DNA from: Candidatus Dormibacteria bacterium | GTDB lineage: Bacteria; Chloroflexota; Dormibacteria; Aeolococcales; Aeolococcaceae | DNA: 64,000 nt | Direction: 5' to 3' | NCBI GenBank assembly: GCA_050010655.1 | Contig: JBEKKP010000003.1 | Span: 6,498-70,497, forward strand | Part shown: positions 40,312 to 50,270 of the stretch, piece after piece | Layout of the letters: every line of letters starts with the position of its first letter | How positions within the stretch are numbered: the stretch's first letter is position 1 | The notes under the pieces: model-generated | Seen by the model: the letters and a program-made list of their open reading frames with translations, nothing else | Told to the model about the DNA's origin: nothing | The model's database searches: none | Position numbers and translations under genes: made by a program

Positions 40312-40920
40312 TCAGTCCGAGCGGCGGATCAGCGCAAGGGACACCACCGCGATGGTGGTTGCGACGAGCACGGCAGAGACCGCCACCGCGTCGATCGGTC
40401 CGCTGCTCGCAGCGGCCACGGGCAACGCGCCGACTGGAGGAACCGTCAGAGCCGGCGGCGCAATGACGGGTGGATCCGGCTCCACAGAGGCGCCGATACT
40501 CGCCGACGGGGATGATGCGGATGTGTGCGCGGGTGGTGTGGCGGCAGGATGCGGAGCCGTGACTGTGGCGGGCCGCGACGTGGGCCGCGGTGCCGGTGGG
40601 GACGTTCGTTTCGGGGGCGGTGCCGGCGGCGGAGTGACGCTCGGGGGTGCGTTGTTGCAGCAGTGCTCTTCGCCGCGGTGATTGTGTGACCACCAAGAGC
40701 GGCAGTGGTCGCCCGGGAAGCCCGGACTTCCGGTATGTGCGCTGTCGCCGGCGTGCAATGAGGTGTCCGCGTCAGCGACGGCGACGTCCATCCAGCCGAA
40801 CAGCATCAGGAGGATCGACGCGCTCGCGAGCATCGTCAAAAGTGCGCGTCTGATCGGCAAGTCACCTCCGGGGCGATCGTACGGCCGGGTTCGGTGGGAC
40901 TTGTGACCGAAATGTGACAC
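40312..40920 (-). CDS. hypothetical secreted Pro-rich protein with a His/Cys cluster and a C-terminal hydrophobic anchor
   Basis: Signal-peptide-like MLASASILLMLFGWMDVAVADA (the true start may be the internal Met at about 40836). His/Cys-rich motif HAGDSAHTGSPGFPGDHCRSWWSHNHRGEEHCCNN, a PPxP-rich linker, and a terminal TM followed by RRSD. Confidence 0.45.
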   Translation of the reverse strand: MSHFGHKSHRTRPYDRPGGDLPIRRALLTMLASASILLMLFGWMDVAVADADTSLHAGDSAHTGSPGFPGDHCRSWWSHNHRGEEHCCNNAPPSVTPPPAPPPKRTSPPAPRPTSRPATVTAPHPAATPPAHTSASSPSASIGASVEPDPPVIAPPALTVPPVGALPVAAASSGPIDAVAVSAVLVATTIAVVSLALIRRSD

Positions 40921-40927
40921 TTTTCAG

Positions 40928-41467
40928 GTGCCCATCGTCGTCATCAATTTCACCGACGGCGAGGTCGTTCTCGCCGAGGCGCCGGAGATCACGTTTGATC
41001 TCGCGATCCTCGATGCCGAGCTGCGTTCGATCAATCAGAACAGCGAGCGAGCGTTGTTCCCGGTCAGTGCGATCCGGCAGATCCTTGTCGGCGATCCGGA
41101 ACCGGCTCCGCCCGAGGCGGACGTTGCGACGTGGGATCGGGCCGCATTCCATTTCATCGACGGCATGGTGCTGCGCGCTTCGATCCGTTCTGATGCACAT
41201 CTCGGTCGATACGGCGGTGTGTGGCACATCGTCGAGCCTGGATCCACGGAGCTCCGCACGGTCGCCATTCCGTATGCGGCGCTGAAGGGCGTGTACCAGA
41301 TCCGTCAGTGGGACAGCCGCTCCGCGAGCGAGCGCGACGAGCACGCGGAGCTCGACCAGCTCGCCCGCGTGCTTGCGGAGCGCGAGCACACGATTGCCGG
41401 GGGCGGTACCGTCCCGACGCGACGGCCGCTGCTGTCGCGGATGCGACGCCCACCGGGTTCAGCCTGA
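40928..41467 (+). CDS. hypothetical protein with an internal two-module duplication
   Basis: GTG start. Two halves align (NFTDGEVVLAEA...FPVSAIRQILV vs HFIDGMVLRASI...VAIPYAALKGVYQI). No family was recognised. Confidence 0.4.
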   Translation: MPIVVINFTDGEVVLAEAPEITFDLAILDAELRSINQNSERALFPVSAIRQILVGDPEPAPPEADVATWDRAAFHFIDGMVLRASIRSDAHLGRYGGVWHIVEPGSTELRTVAIPYAALKGVYQIRQWDSRSASERDEHAELDQLARVLAEREHTIAGGGTVPTRRPLLSRMRRPPGSA

Positions 41468-41534
41468 TCTCGGACCTGTCGCACATCTGTCGACAGCCCT
41501 GAAGCGTCTCCGACCCCGTGGTAGGGTCGGCGCC

Positions 41535-42575
41535 GTGACCACCACGCTGGTGCGTGGCGAGTCCGAGGTCAGCGAGGCACCCCCTTCGCTCACCAGCCGG
41601 CTCCTCACCCCCAAAACAATTGCGTCCCTCGGCATCGCCGTCGTCATCGTCGGCGTGGCGATCTGGCGCGCGCCGATTGACTGGGGGGCGGCATGGGACA
41701 ACATCCGCCACGCCAATCCCTTCCTCTATGTTGCGGCGCTCGCGGTTTACTACTCCTCGTTCGTCCTGCGCTCGATCCGCTGGCACGTGCTCCTCAAGAA
41801 CGCGGGGGAGGATCGCCCGTCCCGATCGCTCATCGGCATCGTGATCACCTCGTTCTTCGTGAACTGCGTGGTGCCCGCAAAGATGGGCGACATCTACCGC
41901 GGATATCTCGCCAAACAGAAGTTGGGCGTTCCGGTCAGCAAGGCACTCGGCACGATCATCGCCGAGCGACTCATCGACCTCATCGTGCTGATGTCACTGC
42001 TGCTCGCCGCCGGTGCCGTCGTGTTTCGCACCAAAGCGCCGGGGATTCTCATCCCGTATGTCGTGATCGGCGTGGCCGTGTGTCTCGCTGGTGTCGGCGT
42101 CATTCTCGTGATGCGAGCCGGCCGCGGCCAGCGTGTGCTCCGCCACCTGCCCGAAGCCGTGTTCCATCGCTACGAGAGCCTCCGCCTCGGCACCGTCGAT
42201 TCGTTTGCCCGCCTCCCCACCCTGCTCGTCCTGACAGTGCTGGTCTGGGCGGCTGAAGGAGCGCGCCTCGGGCTCGTGGTCTTCTCGCTGCACCTCGCCG
42301 GCGTGCATCTCGGCCCTTCGCAGTTCCTGCTCATCGCGCTCGTCGCAGCGCTCCTGACCACGGTCCCGTTCCTTCCCGGCGGTCTCGGTCTCGTCGAGGC
42401 CGGGATGATCGGGGTGCTCATCACCGTGGGCGGCGTCACGAACTCCGCCGCCGTGTCGATCACGCTCCTCGATCGAAGCATCAGTTACGGCAGCCTCGTG
42501 GTGATTGGCTTCATCATCTTCGTCGTGACCCACGTCCACGTTCCCAAGCCGCAGCGCGTTGCGGTGCAGGGGTGA
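41535..42575 (+). CDS. UPF0104/lysylphosphatidylglycerol-synthase-TM-region (flippase-like) family membrane protein
   Basis: About 8 TM helices with the family motif VVPAKMGDIYRGYLAKQK. The GTG start at 41535 is chosen to avoid overlap with the upstream gene, since the long ORF begins at 41373. Confidence 0.65.
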   Translation: MTTTLVRGESEVSEAPPSLTSRLLTPKTIASLGIAVVIVGVAIWRAPIDWGAAWDNIRHANPFLYVAALAVYYSSFVLRSIRWHVLLKNAGEDRPSRSLIGIVITSFFVNCVVPAKMGDIYRGYLAKQKLGVPVSKALGTIIAERLIDLIVLMSLLLAAGAVVFRTKAPGILIPYVVIGVAVCLAGVGVILVMRAGRGQRVLRHLPEAVFHRYESLRLGTVDSFARLPTLLVLTVLVWAAEGARLGLVVFSLHLAGVHLGPSQFLLIALVAALLTTVPFLPGGLGLVEAGMIGVLITVGGVTNSAAVSITLLDRSISYGSLVVIGFIIFVVTHVHVPKPQRVAVQG

Positions 42576-43489
42576 GAGCACTCGTCACCGGCGGCGCCGG
42601 ATTCATCGGCTCGCACATCACGGACGCGTTGGTCGACGCGGGCCACACAGTCACTGTCGTCGATGATCTCTCGCGCGGCAGACGCGAGCAGGTCAATCCA
42701 GCGGCGACATTCGTGGAACTCGACATCACGTCGCCGGACCTCGCGCGTGCGTTCGCCGAGGCGAAGCCCGACGTCGTCTTTCACCACGCGGCGCAGATCG
42801 ATGTCCGCGAGTCGGTGCGCGACCCCATCCACGACGCTGACGTCAACGTCGTCGGCACCGTCAGCGTGCTCCGCGCTGCCATTGACGTGGGAGCGCGCCG
42901 CGTCGTGTTCGCCTCGAGTGGCGGTGCGATCTACGGCGATACCGACACCCTGCCGACACCCGAGGATCACGCCACCCGCCCCGAGTCCCCCTACGGCACG
43001 GCGAAGCTGTGCGCCGAGGCATATGGCGGCACCTTCAGCCGCCAGGCCGGTCTCGAGTTTGTCGGTCTCCGCTACGCGAACGTCTACGGCCCTCGCCAGG
43101 ATCCCCATGGTGAGGCCGGTGTCGTCGCCATCTTCGCCACACGCCTCGTGCACGGGACAGCGATCGTCATCAACGGTGACGGCGGGCAGACACGCGATTA
43201 CGTGCACGTCCACGACGTGGTGCGCGCCAACCTCGCGGCCGTCGACGGACCTGCGGGCGTCTACAACATCGGGACCGGCGTCGAGACCGACGTCAACACG
43301 CTGTACCGCATGCTCGCTGAAGCAGCCGGTGTCGACGCTGCGGCTGAGCACGGCCCCGCGAAACCCGGCGAGCAGCGCCGTTCCTGCCTCGACACAACTG
43401 CGGCGCGCGAGCACCTTGGATGGAATGCGACCGTGAGCTTCGCGGACGGCGTGCGGTCGACGGTCGAGTATTTCAGGACGGCGGGATAG
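42572..43489 (+). CDS. NAD-dependent epimerase/dehydratase (GalE-like)
   Basis: VTGGAGFIGSH..., YxxxK (YGTAKLCAE). GTG start overlaps the upstream stop. Confidence 0.85.
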   Translation: MRALVTGGAGFIGSHITDALVDAGHTVTVVDDLSRGRREQVNPAATFVELDITSPDLARAFAEAKPDVVFHHAAQIDVRESVRDPIHDADVNVVGTVSVLRAAIDVGARRVVFASSGGAIYGDTDTLPTPEDHATRPESPYGTAKLCAEAYGGTFSRQAGLEFVGLRYANVYGPRQDPHGEAGVVAIFATRLVHGTAIVINGDGGQTRDYVHVHDVVRANLAAVDGPAGVYNIGTGVETDVNTLYRMLAEAAGVDAAAEHGPAKPGEQRRSCLDTTAAREHLGWNATVSFADGVRSTVEYFRTAG

Positions 43490-43922
43490 CGCCGAGCTCC
43501 GAGCGCGCGGTCTCGAGGTTCATGGAGCCATGGCTTCGCAGCTTGATCGCGGCGTCCCGCAGGGCGTCATCGCGGGCGTACGCAGGTGATTCCGCAAGCC
43601 GTGCCGACCACGCCAGCTCGTCGACGGCAAGCTCCAACGCCGACCTCGCGTGGTCCAGCGCCACATCCACGGGGATCGCGGCAATGCGCTCGAGCGCCTG
43701 AGCGCAGCCGTCGAGCGTGCGTCTGATGGCATGTGGCGAGGTGGCGTCGTCGCCGGCGGACGGGCCTGCATCGAGTGCCGTGGCCGCGCCGGTCGCCGTG
43801 TCGAGCACTGCGACGAGCACCGCGCGTGGATCCTCTGCGTCAGTGGCACCCGCGCCCATCATCCGGTAGGCGCCGATCAGGAACAGCACCGCGACCACTG
43901 CGGCGATGATGTAGACCGTCAC
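43473..43922 (-). CDS. hypothetical membrane-anchored protein (N-terminal TM)
   Basis: N-terminal hydrophobic segment followed by an Ala/Asp-rich soluble region. No recognised family. Confidence 0.35.
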   Translation of the reverse strand: MTVYIIAAVVAVLFLIGAYRMMGAGATDAEDPRAVLVAVLDTATGAATALDAGPSAGDDATSPHAIRRTLDGCAQALERIAAIPVDVALDHARSALELAVDELAWSARLAESPAYARDDALRDAAIKLRSHGSMNLETARSELGAIPPS

Positions 43923-43938
43923 TGCCGGTCGACGCCGC

Positions 43939-44133
43939 TTACTTGTAGCGGAAGGTGATGCGCCCGCGCGAAAGGTCGTATGGGCTCAACTCGACCCGAA
44001 CGCGATCCCCGATGAGGATGCGGATGTAGAACTTGCGCATCTTCCCCGAGGTGTATGCCAGGACATCCTGACCCGTCTGCAAGCGCACCTTGAACATCGC
44101 GTTGGGCAACGGCTCAACAACCGTCGCGTCCAT
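43939..44133 (-). CDS. infA: translation initiation factor IF-1
   Basis: [64 protein letters not shown] is the S1-like IF-1 signature. Only the last 64 codons of the 177-aa ORF are real. AAGGAAG lies upstream of the ATG. Confidence 0.85.
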   Translation of the reverse strand: MDATVVEPLPNAMFKVRLQTGQDVLAYTSGKMRKFYIRILIGDRVRVELSPYDLSRGRITFRYK

Positions 44134-44317
44134 CTCGATGGTTTCTTCCTTGACCTCGACCTGGGGCGTACCGTCGGCAACGTCCCGTCGACGGACGGGG
44201 CCGCGGCGGCGGGTACTACCTGGGCGGGGTGGGCGTCGTGCCAAACAGGGTCTCCTCGAAGCTGAACGGGCGGTTGGCGAGCGTATCACGGAGCCGTTCC
44301 CTGGTAACGTCGTGTTG

Positions 44318-47300
44318 ATGCGGGCGCGAGATCGATCTCCTTTCCTTGACGCGCTGCGCGAACGCGTGCTGGTTTTCGACGGCGCCATGGGCACGAGCCT
44401 GCAGTCGGAGAACCTGACGGGCGACGATTTCGGCGGCGCGCGGCTGGAAGGATGGATGGACGGCCTCGCCATTCACGCCCCGCAGGTCGTGGAGCGCGTG
44501 CACCGCAGCTTCCTCGACGCGGGCTGCGACGTCATCGAGACATGCACCTTTCAGGCCACGCGCCCGCGCCTCGAGGAATGGGGCCAGGCGGACGTCACCA
44601 CCGATCTGAACGTCTCGGCCGCCCGGCTCGCGCGAAGAATCGCTGACGAGTACGCGCAGGACGGCAGGCCGCGATTCGTGGCCGGCAGCATGGGCCCCAC
44701 CGGATTTCTGCCCGCCTCCAGCGACCCGGCAATGAGCCGTCTCGGGTTTGCCGACCTGGTCCCCGTCTATCAGGAGCAGGCCGCGTCGCTCATCGAGGGC
44801 GGCGTCGACGTGCTCATCATCGAGACACAGCAGGACATCCTCGAGACAAAGGCAGCCGTGTTCGCCGCCCGCGCAGCTGCCGCCAGTGCCGGTCGTCCCG
44901 TGGCGATCATGACCACAGTGTCCCTGGACGTCACCGGCCGGATGCTGCTCGGCACGGACGCCGCGGCGGTGCTCGCCATCCTCGAATCGCTGCATGTCGA
45001 CATCGTTGGATTCAACTGCTCCACCGGCCCGGAGCACATGCGCGAGCCCATCCGATACATCACCTCGCACACATCGCTGCCGGTGGCCTGCATCCCCAAT
45101 GCGGGTCTCCCGATCAACGTCGACGGTCGCGCGCACTACCCGCTGCAAGCGGTGCCGATGGCCGCCGAGCTCGCGAGCTTTGTGACCGAGTACGGGGTCA
45201 GTGTCGTCGGCGGCTGTTGCGGGTCGACACCGGAGCACATCCGCGAGCTTGTGGACCGAATCGGGAAGGCATCACGAGCGCAGCCGACCCCGGATCTCGA
45301 GCCGCGCCTTGCAAGCAGCATGCACGCGATCGATCTCCGTCAACAGCCGGCTCCGTTGTTGATTGGAGAACGGGTCAACGCGCAGGGATCGCGCGCGATC
45401 AAGCGTCTCCTCCTCGCCGACGACTATGACGGCATCCTCGGCGTCGCCCGTACGCAGGTCGAAGGTGGCGCACATGCGCTGGACGTCTGCGTCGCCGTCA
45501 CCGAGCGCAGCGACGAAGCGGAGCAGATGCAGAGCGTCGTCAAGACGCTGCAGATGAGCGTCGATGCGCCACTCGTCATCGACAGCACCGACGCCGACGT
45601 GATCAAGGCCGCGCTCGAGGTGTATCCGGGCCGCGGCATCGTCAACAGCGTCAACCTCGAGAACGGACGGATCCGCTGCGACGCGGTGCTGCCGTCAGTG
45701 CGTGATCACGGGGCGTGCGTCATCGCGCTGACCATCGACGAGCAGGGCATGGCGCGTACTGCAGACCGCAAGCTCGAGGTGGCCCGGCGGATCCACGATC
45801 TCGCGCGCGACGACTATGACCTCACCCCGGATCAGCTCATCTTTGATGCGCTCACGTTCACGCTGGCGACGGGCGAGGCCGAGTGGATCGATTCCGCGCA
45901 CGAGACCATCGAGGGCATCCGCGCCATCAAGCGCGAGCTGCCGGGCGTGCTCACCGTGCTCGGCGTTTCCAACGTCTCCTTCGGTCTTGCGCCGCACACG
46001 CGCCCGGTGCTCAACAGCGTGTTCCTCCACCACTGCGTGCTCGCGGGGCTCGATGCGGCGATCATCAATCCGACGCACGTCGTGCCGTACGGGGAGATCG
46101 ACCCGCAGGCTCGCCGTCTCGCCGAGGAGCTCGTCTTCAACAGCGCGCCCGATGCGTTGACGCGGTTCATCGCGCACTTCGACGACGGCGCGTCGTCCGG
46201 CAGCGCGGGGCTCCCCGAGACGGCCGATCCGTATGAGGGCATGACGACGGTCGAGCGCATTCACGCGCAGATCCTGCACCGGCGCAAGGACGGCATCGAG
46301 GAGCAGATCGACCTCGCGTTGCAGGATCTCGATGCGGTGACGGTGCTGAACACAGTGCTGCTCCCCGCCATGAAGGATGTCGGCGATCGATTCGGCTCCG
46401 GCGAGCTCATCCTGCCGTTCGTGTTGCAGAGCGCCGAGGTCATGAAGCGCGCGGTCGCGCATCTCGAGCAGTACCTCGAGAAGCGTGAGGGATACACGAA
46501 GGGCAAGGTCGTGCTCGCAACCGTGTACGGAGATGTGCACGACATTGGCAAAAACCTCGTCAACACGATTCTCAGCAATAACGGGTACACGGTCTTCGAC
46601 CTTGGCAAACAGGTGCCACTCAACACGATCATCGACAAGGCGCTCGAGGTCGGCGCCGACGCAATCGGGCTCTCCGCGCTGCTGGTGAGCACCAGCAAGC
46701 AGATGCCTGCATGCGTGAAAGAGCTCGACGAGCGCGGACTCAGCTATCCGCTGATCATCGGCGGGGCCGCGATCAATCGCGGATTCGGGCGACGCATCCT
46801 GTATCTCGACCAGGACCGTGCATACGAGCCCGGCGTCTTTTACTGCAAGGACGCGTTCGAGGGACTCGACACGGTGGATCAGCTCCTCGACCCGGAACGG
46901 CACGACGCACTGTTGACCCGTGTTCTCGAGGAGGCTCGCGTGCATCGCGTGCGTGAGCACGAGAAGCTCGAGCGGCGCAACCAGGCAGCCGCCGGCGCAG
47001 CTGCAGTGCCGGCGCGCAGCTCGGTGCGGCGCAACGCGCCGATTCCAGCAGTCCCGTTCTGGGGGGCTCGCGTGCTGCGCGACATACCTATCTGGGACGT
47101 CTATCCCTTCATCGATCGCAACTCTCTCTACAAGATGAGCTGGCAGTTCCGCGGCGTGCGCGACGCTGCCAAGTGGGAAGAGCTGCTGCGCACCGAGCTC
47201 GAGCCCCGCCTCGAGCGCTCGATGACCGATGCAGTGCGCGACGGATGGCTGCAGCTCGAAGCCGTCTATGGATACTGGCCGGCGCTCGCGGACGGCGACA

Positions 47301-47854
47301 CCATCGTCGTGTACGACCCCGGCGACATCGATGCCGAGCTGGGACGCTTCACCTTCCCACGTCAGTCGGAGCAACACCGCCTCTGCCTCGCGGACTACAT
47401 CCGCCCCGCCGAGGACGCGGCCGACGGTGAGCGAGACGTCATCGCGCTCCAGGTGGTGACCACAGGACCAGGCGCGTCGGAGCTCTCCAACCGGCTCCAG
47501 GTCGACGGCGACTACGACGACATGCTCCGGATCCACGGATTCGCGACGCAGATGGCGGAGGCCACGGCCGAATACGTGCATCACCGGATCCGCCGCGAGC
47601 TCCGCCTCGGTGAGGAGCAGGGGCGGCGGTACTCATGGGGATATCCGTCCTGCCCCGACCTCGAGGATCACGAGATCCTGATGAAGATCGTCCCCGCGTC
47701 CGAGATCGGCGTGACTCTCACCGAGGGGTACCAGTTCGTTCCCGAGCAATCGACCGGCGCGATCGTGATGCATCATCCGGAAGCGCGATACTTCGCGGTC
47801 TACGGAGGCGTACCGATCGAGGAAGACACCCCGGGGGCGCCGGAAGCCGCCTGA
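44318..47854 (+). CDS. metH: cobalamin-dependent methionine synthase
   Basis: Hcy-binding, pterin-binding, B12-binding (DVHDIGKN) and AdoMet-activation domains. The start at [26 protein letters not shown] aligns to the E. coli MetH N-terminus. The 5' part of the 1254-aa ORF, antisense to infA, is rejected. Confidence 0.9.
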   Translation: MRARDRSPFLDALRERVLVFDGAMGTSLQSENLTGDDFGGARLEGWMDGLAIHAPQVVERVHRSFLDAGCDVIETCTFQATRPRLEEWGQADVTTDLNVSAARLARRIADEYAQDGRPRFVAGSMGPTGFLPASSDPAMSRLGFADLVPVYQEQAASLIEGGVDVLIIETQQDILETKAAVFAARAAAASAGRPVAIMTTVSLDVTGRMLLGTDAAAVLAILESLHVDIVGFNCSTGPEHMREPIRYITSHTSLPVACIPNAGLPINVDGRAHYPLQAVPMAAELASFVTEYGVSVVGGCCGSTPEHIRELVDRIGKASRAQPTPDLEPRLASSMHAIDLRQQPAPLLIGERVNAQGSRAIKRLLLADDYDGILGVARTQVEGGAHALDVCVAVTERSDEAEQMQSVVKTLQMSVDAPLVIDSTDADVIKAALEVYPGRGIVNSVNLENGRIRCDAVLPSVRDHGACVIALTIDEQGMARTADRKLEVARRIHDLARDDYDLTPDQLIFDALTFTLATGEAEWIDSAHETIEGIRAIKRELPGVLTVLGVSNVSFGLAPHTRPVLNSVFLHHCVLAGLDAAIINPTHVVPYGEIDPQARRLAEELVFNSAPDALTRFIAHFDDGASSGSAGLPETADPYEGMTTVERIHAQILHRRKDGIEEQIDLALQDLDAVTVLNTVLLPAMKDVGDRFGSGELILPFVLQSAEVMKRAVAHLEQYLEKREGYTKGKVVLATVYGDVHDIGKNLVNTILSNNGYTVFDLGKQVPLNTIIDKALEVGADAIGLSALLVSTSKQMPACVKELDERGLSYPLIIGGAAINRGFGRRILYLDQDRAYEPGVFYCKDAFEGLDTVDQLLDPERHDALLTRVLEEARVHRVREHEKLERRNQAAAGAAAVPARSSVRRNAPIPAVPFWGARVLRDIPIWDVYPFIDRNSLYKMSWQFRGVRDAAKWEELLRTELEPRLERSMTDAVRDGWLQLEAVYGYWPALADGDTIVVYDPGDIDAELGRFTFPRQSEQHRLCLADYIRPAEDAADGERDVIALQVVTTGPGASELSNRLQVDGDYDDMLRIHGFATQMAEATAEYVHHRIRRELRLGEEQGRRYSWGYPSCPDLEDHEILMKIVPASEIGVTLTEGYQFVPEQSTGAIVMHHPEARYFAVYGGVPIEEDTPGAPEAA

Positions 47855-47883
47855 CCGGACCTGCGATCAACAACCGGGAAGGG

Positions 47884-48330
47884 CTACTTCTCCTGATCCT
47901 TCGCGGCTGCGATCGCGGCGAGCTCGGCCCGTGCGGCAACGGCGATGTCGGCCCCAGTGTTGGCGTGGCCGTTGATGCCCCAGCCACCGTCGGGCGATTC
48001 GTAGATCAGCACCCACGTGCGGTCGACCAGCGTCGGGTCGCCGGCTGCTGCGGCGACGATGTCAGTCAGTTCCCTGACGACACCGATCTGCTTGTCGCGA
48101 TTCAGGACGTTGATGGGCGTGAGCACCTGGACGCGAACGTAGTTGCTGTCGCCTGACACGTTCGACAGCGAGTCCTCGGGGAGCTCATGAATGAAGGCGG
48201 CCGTGTTGTTCTTGAAGAGCGAGATCGGCGGGACCTGTTCCCACTTCATCACCGCGGCCGCGAGATTCTGGGCGAGCTCGTGCTTCGCCTTGAAGGTTCC
48301 GGTGGTGGCGTAGACGTCGATCATCGGCAT
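47884..48330 (-). CDS. tautomerase-family protein (4-OT/cis-CaaD-like, Pro-1 catalytic)
   Basis: The start gives MPMIDVYATTG..., the Met-Pro N-terminus characteristic of the tautomerase superfamily. About 148 aa. Confidence 0.65.
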   Translation of the reverse strand: MPMIDVYATTGTFKAKHELAQNLAAAVMKWEQVPPISLFKNNTAAFIHELPEDSLSNVSGDSNYVRVQVLTPINVLNRDKQIGVVRELTDIVAAAAGDPTLVDRTWVLIYESPDGGWGINGHANTGADIAVAARAELAAIAAAKDQEK

Positions 48331-48359
48331 GGCAGTGATCCTCGAAGCGTTATGGTGAT

Positions 48360-48406
48360 CGTCATAGTGACGGAGTGGAGCATGCACTATGACGACCGTC
48401 ATAGTC
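48360..48406. promoter_or_regulatory. overlapping palindromes sharing the core CGTCATAGT (candidate TetR operator array)
   Basis: 13-bp CGTCA-TAG-TGACG at 48360-48372. 20-bp ACTATGACG-AC-CGTCATAGT at 48386-48405. GTCATAGTG and CACTATGAC also form a 9-bp inverted repeat 15 nt apart. Confidence 0.45.
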
Positions 48407-48430
48407 AAGGGATAACCCCGGGTCATCGCC

Positions 48431-48994
48431 ATGGCGAATGACAGCCGGGAGCGGATGGTCCGGAGCGCCGCTTCGCTCATCAGCTCGCGCGGCGTGAGCG
48501 CGACCTCGCTGTCGGACGTCCTGGCCGACAGCGGTGCGCCCCGCGGCTCGATCTACCACCACTTTCCCGGCGGCAAGGACCAGCTCGCGACCGAGGCCGT
48601 CCGCTCGACGTCCGATCGTGTGGTCGCCTTTCTGCGCGCCGGCACCGAGACAACCCCGGCCGCCGTGCTCGCGCGGTTCATTCAACTGTGGCGGCAGGTG
48701 ATCGTGACGTCTGACGCGGCATCCGGGTGTGTGGTCGCCGGCGTTGCGCTCGACACCGGTGCCCGGGACGCGTTGATGGGCGTCGCCCGTGAGTCCTTCC
48801 GTGCGTGGGAGACGGCGCTCGCCGACCAGCTCGAGCGGACCGGGTTGCCGCGCCCTCGCGCGAATGGCATCGCAATCGCCACCCTCGCCGGGATGGAAGG
48901 TGCACTCATCCTCTCCCGGGCCGAGGGCACCGTCCAGCCACTCGATGACGTCGCCGAAGAGCTGATGCGCCTGCTACCCCCGGCGAGCGACTGA
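48431..48994 (+). CDS. TetR/AcrR-family transcriptional regulator
   Basis: HTH VSATSLSDVLADSGAPRGSIYHHFPGGKDQL. Divergent from the tautomerase gene. Confidence 0.85.
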   Translation: MANDSRERMVRSAASLISSRGVSATSLSDVLADSGAPRGSIYHHFPGGKDQLATEAVRSTSDRVVAFLRAGTETTPAAVLARFIQLWRQVIVTSDAASGCVVAGVALDTGARDALMGVARESFRAWETALADQLERTGLPRPRANGIAIATLAGMEGALILSRAEGTVQPLDDVAEELMRLLPPASD

Positions 48995-48999
48995 CCCGA

Positions 49000-49431
49000 T
49001 CAGGAAGTCCAGTTGTCGTATTGCTCGCCGAGGCGTGCCATCGCCTCCGCGTCTGCGAGGGCCGGCGCATCGAGTTCCGCAAGGGCAGCGAGGTAGTGGT
49101 CGAACCCCCCCGGCGTGAAGATCGTGATCAGACGGCCGCCGGCAGCGCACGCCACCTCGTGCCAGACGCCTGGGGGAATGTTGATCACCGTCCCGGGTGT
49201 GGCCTCTGACGTCTCGTCGTCGAAGGTGAACGTGACCGTCCCCTCGAGGACGTAGAAGATCTCCATGGTCTTGCGGTGGTGATGGCGCGGGAGATGGAAT
49301 CCCGGTTTGAGCCTGTCCTCGGCGAGCGTGAGCCTCCCGTCGGTGGCCTCCACCGGGGTCTTGATGGTCATGTGGTCGTTGGACCAGTCGTAGTCCAGCC
49401 CTGCTGTCGCGGCAACGATGGTCTGATGCAT
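49000..49431 (-). CDS. cupin-domain protein
   Basis: Cupin motifs HHHRKTMEIFYVLEGT...PPGVWHE. The internal Met MHQTIVAAT is taken as the start. Confidence 0.65.
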   Translation of the reverse strand: MHQTIVAATAGLDYDWSNDHMTIKTPVEATDGRLTLAEDRLKPGFHLPRHHHRKTMEIFYVLEGTVTFTFDDETSEATPGTVINIPPGVWHEVACAAGGRLITIFTPGGFDHYLAALAELDAPALADAEAMARLGEQYDNWTS

Positions 49432-49593
49432 CCGCAAGACGCTACTCGACGCGCCGCGGCAAGCGGTCGTCCGGCAGCCCGCGATGCGGCCCTGCGGTGT
49501 CGCGTCTCCCGGAGTGGCTGCGATCGGTTTGCGATCGGCCCGGCGCCAACTGCTCCTCGATGGGCTCGCGGAGCCCCACCCAAGGAGATCTCG

Positions 49594-50223
49594 GTGAACG
49601 TGCAAATCCCGATCCGCCTCGCCGCTATCGCCCCGGTCGCACTCGCTGGAATCCTGCTCACAGGCTGCGGTGCAACCAGCGCCGGCACGCCGGAGACAAG
49701 CGCCGGAAACGCCGGGCCTGGAGGTGCCAACGCGACGGCGACCACCGGTCCAACTGCGAATGCCACACAGCCCGCCTCAGGGAGTGGGACTGACACTCCG
49801 ACAGCGAGCCCCACGCAGCCGGCCTCCGGGTCTTCGACCGCCAGTGACGCCAAGTGCACCGACCTCACGGCAGCCGCAGCGAGCGCGGCGCTCGGCAAAT
49901 CGGTCACGGTCAAGCTCGACACCGGCGGCACGCAATTGGCCGGCCTGACGGTGTGCGACGTCGTCGACGCGGATGACGTCTACCCGGTCCAGTTCTCGGT
50001 CAACACGATGGGAAGTCAGGCGCTGTACGCGTCTGATGAGCAGTCATTTGGAGGAGTCGACCTGAGTGGCGTCGGAGACGAGGCATTCACGAGTGCCGTC
50101 GGCGTCGAGACCCTGAGTGGCGGTGTTGACATCCAGGTCATCGGCCCGGCCGGGCCCGTGCTCAGCAAGGACTACACGATCCCAACCGCGATCGCCAAAG
50201 CAATGGTTGCCGCCCTCAACTAA
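49594..50223 (+). CDS. lipoprotein (Ala/Thr/Gly-rich, two Cys in the mature part)
   Basis: AAGGAG SD 6 nt before a GTG start. Signal peptide with lipobox LLTGC. Confidence 0.6.
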   Translation: MNVQIPIRLAAIAPVALAGILLTGCGATSAGTPETSAGNAGPGGANATATTGPTANATQPASGSGTDTPTASPTQPASGSSTASDAKCTDLTAAAASAALGKSVTVKLDTGGTQLAGLTVCDVVDADDVYPVQFSVNTMGSQALYASDEQSFGGVDLSGVGDEAFTSAVGVETLSGGVDIQVIGPAGPVLSKDYTIPTAIAKAMVAALN

Positions 50224-50270
50224 GCCCAGCGATGCCCGAGGAGGGCGGGTCCGTCGCCTCGAGACCTGCC

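Noticed and set aside
43939-44472. 177-aa ORF annotated in the track for the infA frame
   Set aside because: Only the C-terminal 64 aa are IF-1. The upstream 113 codons are Arg/Pro-rich, overlap the metH leader and have no homology.
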